The notes: generated from the letters alone by a model not told the origin. A stretch of DNA of 64,000 nucleotides from Candidatus Latescibacterota bacterium (GCA_965217585.1 OZ244561.1:4992001-5056000), one strand, 5' to 3'. Numbered from the stretch's first letter, positions 19,205 to 31,586 are shown. Numbers and translations: made by a program.

Positions 19205-21511
19205 TTAGCGCACCACGTAGAACCGAGCGCGATCCCTAAAGCCGTGCGCATCGACGATCTCCAGCGCGTGAGCACCCGGCTCCAGCGACACTGCCAAACG
19301 GTGCTGGTTTACGGTGCGGCCCAAGAAGCGACGATTCACATACCAGAATAACGCCCGCTCTTGGTCGGTATGGGCTGCCCGCAGGACGATGGGCTGCTGC
19401 TTACCGTCGAAATCCCGGCCGACCTGTAAACGGGCCTCTGGCGTTGGGTAGAGTACCTGTAGGGGCTTGGCTTCGGATTGCACTGGGCAGTCCGCCTTGT
19501 GGGGCGGTGGATCGTGGAGCACCTGTCCCCGTTCCCGCAGATATTGCACGACATCGGTCGGATAGACCGTCTGCTGCGCCAGCCTGTGGTCGCCCGGCTG
19601 CCAGCACAACGAACACACCTGATGAGTGCCCGCTGTATTGAGGACGATGCTGCGATGGTAGGGACAGCGGTCCATGGGACGCCTGTGCTGGGGCACCAAA
19701 GCTTGGGTTGGATGCGGGCAATGGGGGCCGACTGGCCGGCCGCTGTCGCGACAGAGCATCGCGATTGTGAGGTCGGTGTCGGGCCGCGAAAACCACGCTT
19801 GGTCGAGGTCTTTGGGGACGCGGTGGAAAATGTCAAAGAGCAACGGACCGGCGGCTTGTGCGCCGCTCAGGGCGGGGTTGCCCTCGCCCGAGAAGTTGCC
19901 GAGCCAGACGGCAATAGTCCACGCGGGACTTACGCCTAGCGCCCAGGCGTCGCGCTGGCCGTAGCTGGTGCCGGTCTTCCAGGCGAGGGGCCACTGGTCC
20001 TGGTACTGGTGCCAGTAGTACTCGACCCCGGGCCGCCGCACGTTGCGCAGCGCCTCTAGGACGAGATAGGCGGCACCCGGGCTGATGAGGGGCGTCGCTG
20101 GCGTGGGTTCGGTCTGCTCCTGCAAGTAGCGCAGGGGCTCGATCCGGCCGCCGCGGGCGAGGCCGCGGAAAAGCCGGGCCATGTCCCAGAGGGTGACTTC
20201 GGCACCGCCGAGAATCAGTGGCAGGCCGTAGTCATCGGCCGGGCGCACCAGCGTGGAGACACCAGCGTCTTGGAGAAAGCGGTAGAAGTTAAATAGGCCA
20301 TAGCGCCGCAAGAGGCGCACGGCTGGGACGTTGAGGGAGCGCACCAGGGCCTCTTCGGCCCTCACTAGGCCGTCGTAGCGCTCGTCGGCATTGCGCGGGG
20401 AAAATCCACTATAGGAAGTGGGTACGTCCTTGACTAGGGTCTGGGGCAGGATCAGGCCGGCGTCCATGCTCAGGGCGTAGAGAAAGGGCTTGAGCAGCGA
20501 ACCTGAAGAGCGCGGCGCAATCACGCCATCTACCTGCCCTTGGTGCGCCGGATCGAAGAAGTCTCGCGAGCCGACGTAGGCCCGGACTTTGCCGCTACCG
20601 GTCTCTACCAGCAGCGCGGCACCATTGCCGATGCCTTGGTGGTCGAGGTAGCGCAGGTGCCGTCCGACGAGGGTTTCAAGTTCCCGTTGCAGGCCAGCGT
20701 CTATGGTGGTCTTGATGAGGCGGCCTTGGCGACCGCGTTTGAGCGCGCGCGACAGATGCGGTGCCCAAACCGGATACGGAAAGGCCCGCGTGGGCACGGA
20801 TTCGGCGAGGGCCAAGCGCAAGGTCTCCGCGTTGAAATGGCCGGCTTGCTGCAGGCTGGTGAGCAGGCGGTTGCGCTTTTGCACTAGTTGCTGCGGATTG
20901 GCCGTGGGGGAGACGAGGCCGGGCGCGTTGGGCAGCACCGCGAGGGTCGCAGCCTCACTCCAGGTCAGCTCATCGGGCGGCTTGCGGAAGTACTTGTGGG
21001 CCGCGGCTTGGTAGCCGACGAGGTTGCCGCCGTAGGGCGCGTGATCGAGGTAGAGGCGCAGGATCTCGTCCTTGGCGTAGTAGAGCTCGATTTTGAGCGC
21101 CAGCAGGGTCTCGAAAGCCTTGTTGACATAGGTGCGCTCTTTGGGACGCATCAGCCGCGCTACCTGCATGGTGATGGTGCTGGCACCGCTTTTGACCGCC
21201 CCGGTCGCGGCGTTCTGATAGAGGGCGCGGCCCAACGCGAGCGGGTCAACGCCCAAGTGGCGGTAGAAACGCCGGTCCTCAAAGTGGAGGACGGCCGTTC
21301 GCAACTTGGCGGGCACGGCGAGGCTGGTATCGGGGGGGAAGCACCACTGCTGATCGCGGTTGAGGAAGGCGCGCAGGAGCTGGCCGTCGCGAGCGACGAT
21401 CAGGGTGCTGTAATCCGGCGCGAACAAGGGCCGTGGCAGGGGGGTCAGGAAGTACAGGGCCGCGCCCAAGATCGGGACGGCGAGATACAAGGCATAGCGG
21501 GCGATGCGCAT
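19205..21511 (-). CDS. pbpC: Penicillin-binding protein 1C
   Basis: EDRRFY, GASTITMQVAR, SLLKPF (SxxK), SLN, KTGTSYG; lies downstream of alpha-2-macroglobulin. Confidence 0.95.
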   Translation of the reverse strand: MRIARYALYLAVPILGAALYFLTPLPRPLFAPDYSTLIVARDGQLLRAFLNRDQQWCFPPDTSLAVPAKLRTAVLHFEDRRFYRHLGVDPLALGRALYQNAATGAVKSGASTITMQVARLMRPKERTYVNKAFETLLALKIELYYAKDEILRLYLDHAPYGGNLVGYQAAAHKYFRKPPDELTWSEAATLAVLPNAPGLVSPTANPQQLVQKRNRLLTSLQQAGHFNAETLRLALAESVPTRAFPYPVWAPHLSRALKRGRQGRLIKTTIDAGLQRELETLVGRHLRYLDHQGIGNGAALLVETGSGKVRAYVGSRDFFDPAHQGQVDGVIAPRSSGSLLKPFLYALSMDAGLILPQTLVKDVPTSYSGFSPRNADERYDGLVRAEEALVRSLNVPAVRLLRRYGLFNFYRFLQDAGVSTLVRPADDYGLPLILGGAEVTLWDMARLFRGLARGGRIEPLRYLQEQTEPTPATPLISPGAAYLVLEALRNVRRPGVEYYWHQYQDQWPLAWKTGTSYGQRDAWALGVSPAWTIAVWLGNFSGEGNPALSGAQAAGPLLFDIFHRVPKDLDQAWFSRPDTDLTIAMLCRDSGRPVGPHCPHPTQALVPQHRRPMDRCPYHRSIVLNTAGTHQVCSLCWQPGDHRLAQQTVYPTDVVQYLRERGQVLHDPPPHKADCPVQSEAKPLQVLYPTPEARLQVGRDFDGKQQPIVLRAAHTDQERALFWYVNRRFLGRTVNQHRLAVSLEPGAHALEIVDAHGFRDRARFYVVR

Positions 21512-21524
21512 GACACCCCTGCGG

Positions 21525-24500
21525 CTACGGCCCGACGACGACTGTGCCGCCGGCTTTGCGGGCGCGGAAGTCGCGGTCGTACATGGCTTCGACTTGCGTC
21601 GGCGGCAGGGAGAATGTGCCCTGGGTCACCGCGTTGAGCTTGACGGCGAAATCGAGCGCTTGGCCTTGGCGCGGCAGGTCGAAGAACCAATTGATGCGGT
21701 CGTCGCGGATATCGAGGTATTCTTCGGCGTTGAGCCGCCACTTCTTCATCCAGCCGGGTCGGGCCTTGGATGACAGCCGGGTATTTTCAATCTCCCAGCC
21801 GGCTGGCAAAAGCTGGGTGAGGGCCACTTCTTCGAGGACCTGTTGACGGCTGCGGTTTTCGACGCGGATATGGCCCCAAAAGGTGGTGCCTTGGGCTAGG
21901 GTATCGGGGGCGATGCGCATCCCGTCCTCGTCGAGCCATTCCACTTTCAGCCTAATCCGGCCCTCCTCGTCTTGCTCTACGCCCCGCAGTGGGATCCCTT
22001 CCCAGTCGAGGGCGACAAAGGCCCGTTTTACTGCATTCGCCGAGTCCAAGCGCACTTCGACATTCCCGCCGAAACCGCTGGTGATCTCCATCTGGTAGCC
22101 CAGCGTCTCGGTACTGAAGGGCACGGGCTCGCCGCCGGGTAGGTGGATGTGGCCGGTGAGTGGGGTCGGAGGACCGCTGCCCTGTTGCAGGGCCTGGACG
22201 TACTTGCCGAGGGCCAGCAATGCCACGCTGGTCGTCTGGGTAGAGTGCCAGCCCTTGTTGATGCTGTGGGCCACCTCTTTGGCCAGCGAATCGGCCGCGT
22301 CTTGGCGCTGGAAGGCGAGCAGGGCGTCGAGGATGAGGGCCTCGTCGCGCAGACCTGAGCCATAGGTGTTGGCAAGCTCCCGATACTCCTCGACTGCAAC
22401 GCCGGTGGTGCGGGCGATTTCGTTTGCGGTTCGTCCGATCCCCGCGTGCAGGTACGCCGCGGCCAGCAGCCACTTTTCCACGTTGGTCATACTGCCCAGT
22501 GAGTTCTCCTTGAGCAGATTCATCGCGCCGAGCGCCGGATCGCCGGCCAGCGCCAGCAGATAGACCCGGTACACGCGTCCCTTCAGGCTATCGCGGGTCA
22601 GGGTGGCTTGAGTTTGCTGATGGCGGAGCCATCCCTGGAGCATGTCGTCGGGAATGTGGTAGCCCAAGCTGCGGGCTTCGATCAGGAAGTGCCCGGCGTA
22701 GATGCTGCCCCATGCGGAAGTTTGGCGTTGGCCCGGCCACAAGCTGAAGGAGTTGTCGGGCAGTTGAAAGTGCCGCAGCCGGAGGATGGCCTCGTTTATG
22801 CGCTCGTCGATATCCGCGGCGACGATGCGGCGCTCTTCCGGCGTGAGGTCCAGCAGGTCCTTGAGATAGAGCTGGGGAAAAACCGAGGAAATGGTCTGTT
22901 CTAGGCAGCCGTATGGGTAGCGCACCAAGCGCAGCATCTGGTTATCGAAGTTGAAGTTGGGCCAGCGGCGCACGCTGATCCGCGCTTGGTTGGTGCCGGG
23001 CATGCCCTTGTCTGGCAAGGTGAACGACACCGACTCGCCGGGACTTATGCCGCGCTCGGTGCTCTCGTAGATCGGCGGCGATGAGGGCCGGACCTCGAGA
23101 TACGTCTGCCGCGAAGCGTGCGCTTCGGCGGCTGTGGCCTCAACCACTATGGTCGCTGACCCCACGGCATGGTCGGCTTGCAGCCGGAAGGACAGGTCGC
23201 GTTCCCCCACGCCGGCAAAATTGACCCGCTTGCGCGCCTCGCCGACGACGGCGAGCGGTCCCTGCACTGCGATTGACACCTCTACAGTGCCCAGACTCTC
23301 GGCCATGGCGAAGGCGGTGACTGGTACCTCAATCCGGTCGCTGGGACCAATGACCCGGGGCAGGGTCGAGAGTACCATCAGGTCGCTCTTAACCTGGGTG
23401 GTCTTCTCGGCGTGGCCAAAGCGCTTCCCCCGGGCACCCACGACCATGGTCCGCACTGCGCCGACGTAATTGGGCATGGTAAATTGCACCCGAGCATGGC
23501 CCGCAGCGTTGGTGCGCAAGGGGCCGGCGAACATGGAAACTGAGGGAAAGCGCCGGCGCGGGTCGCGTTGCGCCCGCTGCTCGGCGGCAAAACCGCCGCC
23601 AATGGCAAAGGTCTTGAATGGGTCGCCCTTGGCCACGCCGATGACGTGGGCGAATAGGTCGAAGGTGCGCACGCTTAGGCGTTGTTTTTGGAAGAAGGAC
23701 TCCGAGGGATTTGGCGTGTGGAAATCGGTCAGGGCCAGCAGGCCCTCATCGACCACGGCAATGGTGAACGCGGCCGAGTCCGCGGCACTTTGTACTTCCA
23801 CTGCAAAAGGGTCGCCGGGGCGCAACAGATCGGGCATCTGGATGTCGAAGTCGAGGCGAGTGGCTGGATCGTGGACCTCGATGGGAACGACGCCGAACAA
23901 GCGCATAGGCCGGTCGTTGTCGGTTTGGGCGTGCGGCTGGATCAGGGAGACAGAGGCGTAGGCCGTGGGGATCATCGCGGCGCTGATGGCGATGGGGATC
24001 CTAGCCTCCTCTTGGGTGCCGTCGAGGCGGTACCAGCGGGACTCGATCACTCGCCCGCCCTGTTCGACGGCAAAGAGGACGGAGCCTTCTTGGGGCACTG
24101 GAAAGCGGATGATGGCCTCGTCGCCGGGTTGGTAGCGCTCCCGGTCGGTTCGCAACACCAGCGCCCCCTCGTTGTCCTCGCCTGATGGCGTGCGGCCCCA
24201 GTGATAGGCGCGCACGAAAAAGGCCGCGGTATGGCCCTTGTCGTCGCCATCGGCGACTTCGATGAGGTACTGGCCTCTGTCGTCTGGCTTGAAGAGCAGG
24301 TCAATGGGTGTCAGCGCGGAGACGATTCGCTGCTCGGAGATGAGTTCGGTGCGGCGGTCGCTTTTGAAGCGCCGCTGGAAGGCGGCGCGGTTTTCGTATT
24401 CCCACCACCAATGGGTCGTTCCCCGGTAAACGCGGTAGCGCAAATTCCGGCCGGCCACGGGGTTGCCCTCGACATCAGTCACTATGGCGGGGACCTGCAC

Positions 24501-27107
24501 CGGCACCCCGACCCGGGTATAGCCGTAGTCGAACTCGGGTTTCTGCAAGCCCACGTAGTGATCGTATGGGTCAATGGGCAGCCGGTTCCGCCGGTGGTTG
24601 GGGCGGCCTCCTTTTTCCAGCACTTTGGCGGCGAGCACGGCCTGGAGGGCCGAGGGCGCATTGACGAGGGGCGGGAGGGTCCACTCGACATGGGCACTCC
24701 CCTTGGCGTCGAGCCGGCCTTTGAAGAGTACGGCCTCCACGGGCTGGTAGTCGATCAGTTCGTTGGTGAAGATGAATGCTTGGTAGTGCGGGAAGGTTTT
24801 GGGGGCGCTGCGCAAGGTAACAGACAACTCCGCTTCCAGTCCGGCGGCCGGACTGCCGAAGAGGTAGGTGCTGTGCAGGTCCGCGCTCAGGATCTCGTCT
24901 TGGCGGCCCAAGCGCTCTTTGGCGGTGGCGATTTCGGTCTTGAGCCGGTAGGGGACCACGGTCTCGATTTTCAGCACGTGATCGAAGGAGCTATCGCCGA
25001 TCAGGATTTGGGCGCGCCAATTGCCCGTGGGGTCTTCGGGGCGGGTGGCAAAGGCAAAGTTGTATAGCCCTTCTCGGCCCTGTCTTTGCACCTGTTCAAA
25101 GACCAGCTGATTCCTCGGGTTGAAGATCTTACAGGTGGCGGGATGGTCGTCGGGGAAGGTGTAGTCCTGGTGGCGGGCGATGACCGAGATGTTGATCTCG
25201 TCCCCGGGGCGGTACACGCCGCGTTCGGTGTAGATGAAGGCGCGAGTGCCCGGGCGCGACTCGGCACCGCCAATGTCAAAGCTCGACAGGTTCCAAGCCA
25301 TGTCGTTGGGTTTGATCACGCTGCGCTGCCCTTGGTGTTCGGCTGCGACGTAAAAGACCTCCTCGCCTACGTCCTCAAAACGCACCAGCCCCCGGTCGTC
25401 GGTGGTGCCCCTAGCCGCGACTTGGTTCTGATAGGTGCGCAGGCTGACCTCCACGCCGGGCAGGGGCTGGGCGTCGTCGATGCGGGTGGCGTACACTATG
25501 TGCTGGTCGTGGCCGCGCTTGTAGGTTAGGCCGATGTCGCTGACGATTAGGGCCTTGTAGGCTCGACCGTGGGCGCGGACATAATTAGGGGAATTGGGGT
25601 CTGAGTAATAAGTGTTCCTCCGACTGCGGTTGCGCTGCCTGTAGTGCTGGCGGACCTCGCTGGCGGCGCTGGTGGAGGAGCGATAGAGCATGTCGTCCTG
25701 GCCGAAGCTGATCCCGATCAGGAACAGGCCTCGTTCGCCGTCGGCAAGCAGAGCGCCGAGGTCCAGTTCGTGTTCCAGCCAAATGTTGCGCTGGTCGGAT
25801 ATTTCGAGCGTGTCGCGGGCTACCTGCACGCCAACGCGGCGCACGTAGTAATCTCGGAAGGAATCGCGCCGCTCTTTGCCGCTGTGCAGGCGTTCCATCT
25901 GCAAAAACTGCCCCAAGTTGGAGGCATAGACCTTCTTCACCTCCAGCACGACGCGGTGCAGATTGAGGGTGGCAAAGCGCAGCCGCTTGTCTTTGGACGA
26001 CGGCAGGAACATTCCGTCGCGGGCAAAGCGCAACTGCGGCTTGCGGTCGGCGAAATCGACCTCTCGGTGCGTGGCTTGCTCGGTGCGAGTGCCCCAGCGG
26101 CTGCGGATGCCAGCATGGACTTCCAATTCGTAGGTCTGGCCGTGGGCGAAGTCTCCATCGACGAGGATCTGTTTGCCCGTGGCCTTCAGGTGAACCGGCA
26201 CTTCGGGCCGCACTTGGACCAGCCCCGCGATATGCTGTCGCAGGTCCAATTCGTCGGAAAAGATCAGGATCAGGCGGGGGTAAGCGCCCTCTTCTTCCTT
26301 TTTTACCTCCTGCAAGCGCATGTCCTGCAGCGGGGCGAGGGGGATGTCCTGCTCGTATAGATGGGAGAGCTCTAGTTTTTCGTCGTCCACGGTCAGCGCA
26401 TAGCTCTGCTGGGTCGTATCTCTTTCGATGACGGCGCTGGTGAAGGTGAAGACCTTGCCGGCGGCGTCCGCCTGCCAAGTCAGCGGCAGCAGGGTCTCGC
26501 CTCGGCGCAGGGTCGTGGCCTCGCGCACCTTCTGCACAGCGGCTTTTTCGGTCAGTTCGAGGCGGCCTTGGTAGATTAGATAGCGGGGGTCGTTGGTGGT
26601 TTTTAGGTCGAAATCGCCTGCCAGTGAGAGGATTTCGCGCCCGGCGACCGCGAAGTCGAAGTGCAGGGGTTGCAGGTCAGCGTGCGCCGGTAGGAGAGCC
26701 GCAAGGTCTAGGCGGCCTTGGTATGACTGGCGCATGGGTAAGGGACGGTTGGGACGGAAGACTAGCGCTTGGGTTGTTTCCCATTGGGCGATGCCGTCTA
26801 TGGGTGGAGTAAAGGTGAATACCTGCTTCTTCAGGGTGTGGCCGACTAGACTGGCGTCGATGGCTGGTTCGACGAATCGGACTTTGATGACGTCTCCAGA
26901 TGACACGGTCCCCGACGTTACTGTACTGACCAGTTGGGCGGTTTCTGATGGGACGGTTTGCGGTAGATCCTCCACTGGCACTCGGGCGCAACCGAGCGCG
27001 AGGGCAGACAGCAGGACGAAGAGTTTGCAGAGATTATGATGCGATTGATTCAGGGGAACCGCTTGGTGCCGATTAGAGGTCAAAGGGACGATCCGTTTCG
27101 CGTGCAT
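21525..27107 (-). CDS. Bacterial alpha-2-macroglobulin lipoprotein
   Basis: Lipobox [23 protein letters not shown], thioester motif [14 protein letters not shown]; paired with pbpC. Confidence 0.95.
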   Translation of the reverse strand: MHAKRIVPLTSNRHQAVPLNQSHHNLCKLFVLLSALALGCARVPVEDLPQTVPSETAQLVSTVTSGTVSSGDVIKVRFVEPAIDASLVGHTLKKQVFTFTPPIDGIAQWETTQALVFRPNRPLPMRQSYQGRLDLAALLPAHADLQPLHFDFAVAGREILSLAGDFDLKTTNDPRYLIYQGRLELTEKAAVQKVREATTLRRGETLLPLTWQADAAGKVFTFTSAVIERDTTQQSYALTVDDEKLELSHLYEQDIPLAPLQDMRLQEVKKEEEGAYPRLILIFSDELDLRQHIAGLVQVRPEVPVHLKATGKQILVDGDFAHGQTYELEVHAGIRSRWGTRTEQATHREVDFADRKPQLRFARDGMFLPSSKDKRLRFATLNLHRVVLEVKKVYASNLGQFLQMERLHSGKERRDSFRDYYVRRVGVQVARDTLEISDQRNIWLEHELDLGALLADGERGLFLIGISFGQDDMLYRSSTSAASEVRQHYRQRNRSRRNTYYSDPNSPNYVRAHGRAYKALIVSDIGLTYKRGHDQHIVYATRIDDAQPLPGVEVSLRTYQNQVAARGTTDDRGLVRFEDVGEEVFYVAAEHQGQRSVIKPNDMAWNLSSFDIGGAESRPGTRAFIYTERGVYRPGDEINISVIARHQDYTFPDDHPATCKIFNPRNQLVFEQVQRQGREGLYNFAFATRPEDPTGNWRAQILIGDSSFDHVLKIETVVPYRLKTEIATAKERLGRQDEILSADLHSTYLFGSPAAGLEAELSVTLRSAPKTFPHYQAFIFTNELIDYQPVEAVLFKGRLDAKGSAHVEWTLPPLVNAPSALQAVLAAKVLEKGGRPNHRRNRLPIDPYDHYVGLQKPEFDYGYTRVGVPVQVPAIVTDVEGNPVAGRNLRYRVYRGTTHWWWEYENRAAFQRRFKSDRRTELISEQRIVSALTPIDLLFKPDDRGQYLIEVADGDDKGHTAAFFVRAYHWGRTPSGEDNEGALVLRTDRERYQPGDEAIIRFPVPQEGSVLFAVEQGGRVIESRWYRLDGTQEEARIPIAISAAMIPTAYASVSLIQPHAQTDNDRPMRLFGVVPIEVHDPATRLDFDIQMPDLLRPGDPFAVEVQSAADSAAFTIAVVDEGLLALTDFHTPNPSESFFQKQRLSVRTFDLFAHVIGVAKGDPFKTFAIGGGFAAEQRAQRDPRRRFPSVSMFAGPLRTNAAGHARVQFTMPNYVGAVRTMVVGARGKRFGHAEKTTQVKSDLMVLSTLPRVIGPSDRIEVPVTAFAMAESLGTVEVSIAVQGPLAVVGEARKRVNFAGVGERDLSFRLQADHAVGSATIVVEATAAEAHASRQTYLEVRPSSPPIYESTERGISPGESVSFTLPDKGMPGTNQARISVRRWPNFNFDNQMLRLVRYPYGCLEQTISSVFPQLYLKDLLDLTPEERRIVAADIDERINEAILRLRHFQLPDNSFSLWPGQRQTSAWGSIYAGHFLIEARSLGYHIPDDMLQGWLRHQQTQATLTRDSLKGRVYRVYLLALAGDPALGAMNLLKENSLGSMTNVEKWLLAAAYLHAGIGRTANEIARTTGVAVEEYRELANTYGSGLRDEALILDALLAFQRQDAADSLAKEVAHSINKGWHSTQTTSVALLALGKYVQALQQGSGPPTPLTGHIHLPGGEPVPFSTETLGYQMEITSGFGGNVEVRLDSANAVKRAFVALDWEGIPLRGVEQDEEGRIRLKVEWLDEDGMRIAPDTLAQGTTFWGHIRVENRSRQQVLEEVALTQLLPAGWEIENTRLSSKARPGWMKKWRLNAEEYLDIRDDRINWFFDLPRQGQALDFAVKLNAVTQGTFSLPPTQVEAMYDRDFRARKAGGTVVVGP

Positions 27108-27191
27108 GTCGATTCCTCTTTCGGAGACCATAAATATGTTGCTAAAATCGAATTGTGGACAATTCGCTTTATTAAAAAGTCTGGAGGGAAA

Positions 27192-27764
27192 ATGGTTCTC
27201 AGTGACCGCGTAATCAAGACGCTACTGGCAGAGGGCAAAATCGTCGTCGAGCCGCTGGGGGAGGGGTGCATTCAGCCCGCTAGCGTTGATGTTCATCTCG
27301 ACAAGCACATTCTCGTGTTTCGCAACTCGCGCCGCCCATTCATCGACGTGCGCGAGGACTTGAGCGACCTAACTGAAATGGAGGAGATCGGCGAGCAGCC
27401 GTTCATGCTGCATCCAGGCGAGTTCGTGCTGGGCAGCACCCTTGAGACGATAGAGTTGCCGGATGATCTGGTGGCGCGGCTTGAGGGCAAGAGTTCGTTG
27501 GGGCGCATCGGGCTGCTGATTCACTCGACCGCGGGGTATGTGGATCCCGGCTGGAAGGGCCATCTGACGCTGGAGCTGAGCAATGTGGCGAATCTGCCCA
27601 TCACGCTGTATCACGGCATGAAGATCGGGCAGCTCTCGTTCCTGCAGCTATCGACGCCGGCGGACAGTCCCTACGGTTCGCCGGGGCTGGGCAGCAAGTA
27701 CCAGGGGCAGACCGTGCCTACGGCTAGCCGCGCGTACCGGGATTTTGAGGACCGCAAAGATTAG
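27192..27764 (+). CDS. dcd: dCTP deaminase
   Basis: [40 protein letters not shown]. Confidence 0.95.
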   Translation: MVLSDRVIKTLLAEGKIVVEPLGEGCIQPASVDVHLDKHILVFRNSRRPFIDVREDLSDLTEMEEIGEQPFMLHPGEFVLGSTLETIELPDDLVARLEGKSSLGRIGLLIHSTAGYVDPGWKGHLTLELSNVANLPITLYHGMKIGQLSFLQLSTPADSPYGSPGLGSKYQGQTVPTASRAYRDFEDRKD

Positions 27765-27912
27765 CGGGTGGAATGGGGCTGGAGGCGCTTGGAACCTAGG
27801 ACCAGCCAACTCGCTCGCCGACCGTGAGATAGGCTCGAATGGAAGGCCCATTATACTTCCTGTACTACATGCGCGTCTTTTGGAGGCTAACAATCTATCC
27901 GAGGAACTAAAT

Positions 27913-28806
27913 ATGGTACAAATAGCACCGCTAGATCGCTCTCATCTTCCCCAGGTATTGGAGCTTGTCAACAGTCATCTTAGCACCGTGATACCTGGGT
28001 GGAGCTTGACGCCCGATTACTTTTGGGAGCGCCTGAAGAGCAACTCGCAGGAATACATCACTGATCCTTGGGTTGTCGAAAGAAAGTCCATTGTTGGCAT
28101 AGTCAGGGATCGCGTTTGCGCGGCGGCGCATCTCCTCCGATACGGCGAAGACACGCACTATAAGGGAGTTGGAGAAATTGACTGGATCTTGTTCTGGCCC
28201 GGAGAGCGCGAAGCTGGCGTGGCGGTTCTGGCGGAGTGCCGGCGCCAGATGAACGCCTGGCAGGTAGTGGACGAGCAGATTTCGGGTCCCTTGCCGGTTC
28301 CTGCTTGCGTAGGAATACCGGATGTCTGGCCACACATAATCGGTCTGATAGAACAATTTGGCTATTCAGCGAATGAGGACGTTGACGAATCCGTCTATGG
28401 TGGCACGCTGAATGGGATTTCGGCTCCTGGTGAGCCGCCAGTAAGAGGTGTAACGATCCATCGCGATGTGGGGGATTTCAGTACGCGATTTGTCGCACGG
28501 CTCGATGGACGCGACATTGCGCACTGTGAATGTGTTTCAGACCTCACGGAAGGCGGTCAGTTGCCTGCATTGGCAGGATGGGCTGAGCTTTCAGAGGTCG
28601 AAACGAGCGAAACGATGCGAAATCAGGGAGTCGGTTCGTGGGTCGTCCGGCACGCCATCGAATGGCTACGGCTAGCTAAGTGCGAGCGGATCGTGCTGTC
28701 TGTTGCACGAGATGACGAAAAAGCAGGCGCAGGAAGGTTTTACAAGCGGTTTGGCTGGATGCCATTGGTGCGACAAAAGCACTGGCGAAGACAGAAAGAA
28801 AAATGA
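27913..28806 (+). CDS. GNAT family N-acetyltransferase (two-domain)
   Basis: RNQGVGS acetyl-CoA motif and RFYKRFGW; GAGGA RBS before ATG 27913. Confidence 0.75.
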   Translation: MVQIAPLDRSHLPQVLELVNSHLSTVIPGWSLTPDYFWERLKSNSQEYITDPWVVERKSIVGIVRDRVCAAAHLLRYGEDTHYKGVGEIDWILFWPGEREAGVAVLAECRRQMNAWQVVDEQISGPLPVPACVGIPDVWPHIIGLIEQFGYSANEDVDESVYGGTLNGISAPGEPPVRGVTIHRDVGDFSTRFVARLDGRDIAHCECVSDLTEGGQLPALAGWAELSEVETSETMRNQGVGSWVVRHAIEWLRLAKCERIVLSVARDDEKAGAGRFYKRFGWMPLVRQKHWRRQKEK

Positions 28807-29000
28807 TGGTGAACTCGAGAGAATAAGATGGGAAATTGAGGTGACGAAAAAATAAGTCCCCTTCTAAACAAAAAGTGATCTGGGATCGTTTAATCGTTGA
28901 TGGGGATTGGAAGCGAATTTCATAATGTATGCGTATTTGACTAGGGCATTGCGTTTTGGCTGAGGTGTTGCGGATTGAGGTGCCGATTCGAAAGCGGTCT

Positions 29001-29522
29001 ATGAGCCTCGACGAAAGCAGGTTGATAGTACGCGCTAAGGAGGGAGACACCAATGCCTTTGCCGCGCTGTTGCGGCAGCACCAGGAGATGGCCCTGCGGG
29101 TGGCCTTCCAGATCGTCGGAGATTGGGACGATGCCGAGGACGTGTGCCAGGAGAGTTTTATCAAGGTGCACCGGCATCTGGGGCGCTATCAGGCGCGGCA
29201 CAAATTCTCGACGTGGCTCTATCGGATAGTGACCCATACCGCGATCGATTCGCTGCGGCGGCAGCAGCGTACGCATCGCGCCGAGTTGCCGGACGATGTA
29301 CCTGTTGCGTCAAGAGAGGAGGCGACGGATTGGCAATTGAGTCTGGAGAAGGTATTGAGCGAGTTGACGCCCAAACAGCGCAGTGCGTTCGTCCTGCGCG
29401 ACCTACAGGGGTTTCCGTTCGAGGAAGTGGCCGAGATACTTGATTGCAGCGGGATCACGGCACGGGTGCATCTGCACCAAGCGCGGAAACGGCTGCGCCA
29501 ACGATTGGAGAGCGAGCGATGA
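29001..29522 (+). CDS. ECF sigma-70 factor
   Basis: DAEDVCQESF, FSTWLYRI, AFVLRDLQG..FEEVAEIL, LHQARKRLR. Confidence 0.92.
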   Translation: MSLDESRLIVRAKEGDTNAFAALLRQHQEMALRVAFQIVGDWDDAEDVCQESFIKVHRHLGRYQARHKFSTWLYRIVTHTAIDSLRRQQRTHRAELPDDVPVASREEATDWQLSLEKVLSELTPKQRSAFVLRDLQGFPFEEVAEILDCSGITARVHLHQARKRLRQRLESER

Positions 29523-30148
29523 TTTGTCTCATAGTGAAGAGGCTGCTGCCCCTATACGCGGGGGGTGACTGGGGAAAGGGACTGATGGGCTGGACGGAGC
29601 GGCACCTGAGCCAGTGTCCGGGGTGCCTAGCCGAGTATGAGGCGTTGTGGGCTACACGCGACCAAGTGCGCGAGTTAGCGGCGCGGAACGCACCCCGACC
29701 GTCGGCAGACCTAGCAGGGCGGACAATTGCTCAACTAGCGACGGACGAGACGGAGATCAGGGGACGCTTTGCTTGGCCTGTCAAGATAGGGGTGGCGGCG
29801 GCGATAGCGACAGTAGTCGCGGGAGTGGGACTGTTGCGGGAAAGTGGGGAAAAGGGGACCGCACCGCTAGCTGATGCGCCTGTCGTGCAAGCCTTGCCAT
29901 CGACCGCTGCGCTCGATGAGGAAAATCCGGCAGCCGACTACGCCAGTCAATTCGAGGAACTGAGCCGCAGCCAAATCCGGTTGCTACTCAAGCGCCTAGA
30001 CCGCAAAAAAGACCTCAGCGACGCCGAACTGGAGCGCAAGTACCCCACGGTCGAATCCATTGCGTATCCGTCGGGCACCCAGGTTTTTCTGCACTTGGAG
30101 GATTCCAACACCGACGTCGTCTGGATTCTGCCCCACACTCTCTTGTAA
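29519..30148 (+). CDS. Zinc-binding anti-sigma factor (HxxxCxxC) with one TM helix
   Basis: HLSQCPGC, hydrophobic segment, ATGA overlap with the sigma gene. Confidence 0.85.
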   Translation: MICLIVKRLLPLYAGGDWGKGLMGWTERHLSQCPGCLAEYEALWATRDQVRELAARNAPRPSADLAGRTIAQLATDETEIRGRFAWPVKIGVAAAIATVVAGVGLLRESGEKGTAPLADAPVVQALPSTAALDEENPAADYASQFEELSRSQIRLLLKRLDRKKDLSDAELERKYPTVESIAYPSGTQVFLHLEDSNTDVVWILPHTLL

Positions 30149-30162
30149 AAGGAGATGATGCG

Positions 30163-30921
30163 ATGAACGCCAGAATTTTTATATGTGCTTTAATTACCGC
30201 AGTAGGCAGCAGTATCCTAATCGCTCCAGCTCAAGCGCAGGACGGGGAGCGCATTGAGGAGATCCTCCCCGCCATTGAGGAGATCCTCCCCACCGGAGTC
30301 GGACTCTTTGAGTTTCAAAGCATTACGCTCCAAGAATTCATTGGGATGATGAAAGTAATGGGTCTCAGAGCCAACACGGGTGAGTCGATCGGCGACCAGC
30401 ACTATATCCGCTTCGGGAGCGCGGAGGAGTTGGCGCGAGCGCGGGATATTTTGGCGCGGATTGATGTGCCGCTCAAGGACATCGCCCTGCACGTTCAATT
30501 GGTCCTGGCAACAGGCAATAAGATTGACGCAGTGAACCTCCCCGATGACGACGGAATACGCGGTCAGCTTAGAGAACTCTTCAAGTTTCCGCGCTATTAC
30601 ATCTTGAGCAGCAGCTACCTGATCGCCAGATCCGGCCAGCAGGTCGAGTCATATCTGGAGGGTGTGCAGCTAGACAAGAATATATATCCCCGTCACAAGA
30701 TGGAGGTTTTCAGCTTTTACGTAGAGCCTATTTTCATCGACGAGGGTCAGGGGGTAATTCGCGTGCATGACTTTTCCGTCGCACGCACAGCACCCGAACC
30801 GGCTCGCAGACTGCTGAAGACCACGCTCAACATCAAAAACGGCAACTCCATAATCGTCGGGGGATCCACTATCGACGAGCGTACTTACGTATTCATCGTC
30901 AAGGCCGAGGTGATGGAATAA
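30163..30921 (+). CDS. Secreted hypothetical protein in the ECF operon
   Basis: Signal peptide ending AQA; AGGAG RBS; C-terminal beta-rich segment. Confidence 0.65.
   Translation: MNARIFICALITAVGSSILIAPAQAQDGERIEEILPAIEEILPTGVGLFEFQSITLQEFIGMMKVMGLRANTGESIGDQHYIRFGSAEELARARDILARIDVPLKDIALHVQLVLATGNKIDAVNLPDDDGIRGQLRELFKFPRYYILSSSYLIARSGQQVESYLEGVQLDKNIYPRHKMEVFSFYVEPIFIDEGQGVIRVHDFSVARTAPEPARRLLKTTLNIKNGNSIIVGGSTIDERTYVFIVKAEVME
30252..30293 (+). repeat. 21-bp in-frame tandem duplication (IEEILPA/IEEILPT)
   Basis: CATTGAGGAGATCCTCCCC(G/A)C x2. Confidence 0.9.
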
Positions 30922-31006
30922 CACGCGCTGGGGCTGCCGAGGTCGCCGCCTTGCTTTGCGATAATAAGAGCTTGAGCCTATTGGGTAGATAGAGCCGTTG
31001 TCTCGC

Positions 31007-31348
31007 CTAGAGGCGCGGTGAATCTTGAGCTAGTTTTTGGGCCACTAAGGCGTTCATGCTAATACCGGCCCGCCCGGCCTCCATCGCCAACCGCCGATGC
31101 AGGCGTTTATCGATCCGCACATTGAATTGACCGCTGTATTCTTTCCGGGCAGGGGCAACCGGTACCGGCTCATTGTGCGCCCGGTAGCTTTCCTTGGCCG
31201 CTTCCCAAGCTACGGTCAGCTCTGCCAACGCTTCGGTTGGCGTATCGGCAAAGGACGAAATGCCGGGCATTTCTACTAAGTGCGCCAGCCAATCGCCGTC
31301 TTCATCTTGAAAGAGATTGACCGAAAAGCCGTCGAAGTTATCCGCCAT
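31007..31348 (-). CDS. hicB: HicB family antitoxin
   Basis: EMPGISSFADTPTEAL, YSGQFNVRID, ISMNALV. Confidence 0.9.
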   Translation of the reverse strand: MADNFDGFSVNLFQDEDGDWLAHLVEMPGISSFADTPTEALAELTVAWEAAKESYRAHNEPVPVAPARKEYSGQFNVRIDKRLHRRLAMEAGRAGISMNALVAQKLAQDSPRL

Positions 31349-31583
31349 TGCTTTGTTCCTCCTCATAGTATTGCAAAAATTGCTCGACTTGATAGCCTTT
31401 GGCCCGGTTGCCCTTGGGCTGTATTGACAAGCGCACCCCTTGGGGCGAATACCAGATGCGGTGCGAGCCTCGTTGTCGGTCAAAGATCCAGCCACATTGT
31501 TTGAGCAAGGCTTCAAATTCATTGAAGCGCAACCCGTTGGAGTTGCGGATTGCTTTGTCGAGCAGCTTTTGCTGGCTGACCAT
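31338..31583 (-). CDS. hicA: HicA family toxin
   Basis: RQRGSHRIW and AKGYQV motifs; overlaps hicB. Confidence 0.9.
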   Translation of the reverse strand: MVSQQKLLDKAIRNSNGLRFNEFEALLKQCGWIFDRQRGSHRIWYSPQGVRLSIQPKGNRAKGYQVEQFLQYYEEEQSNGG

Positions 31584-31586
31584 GTA

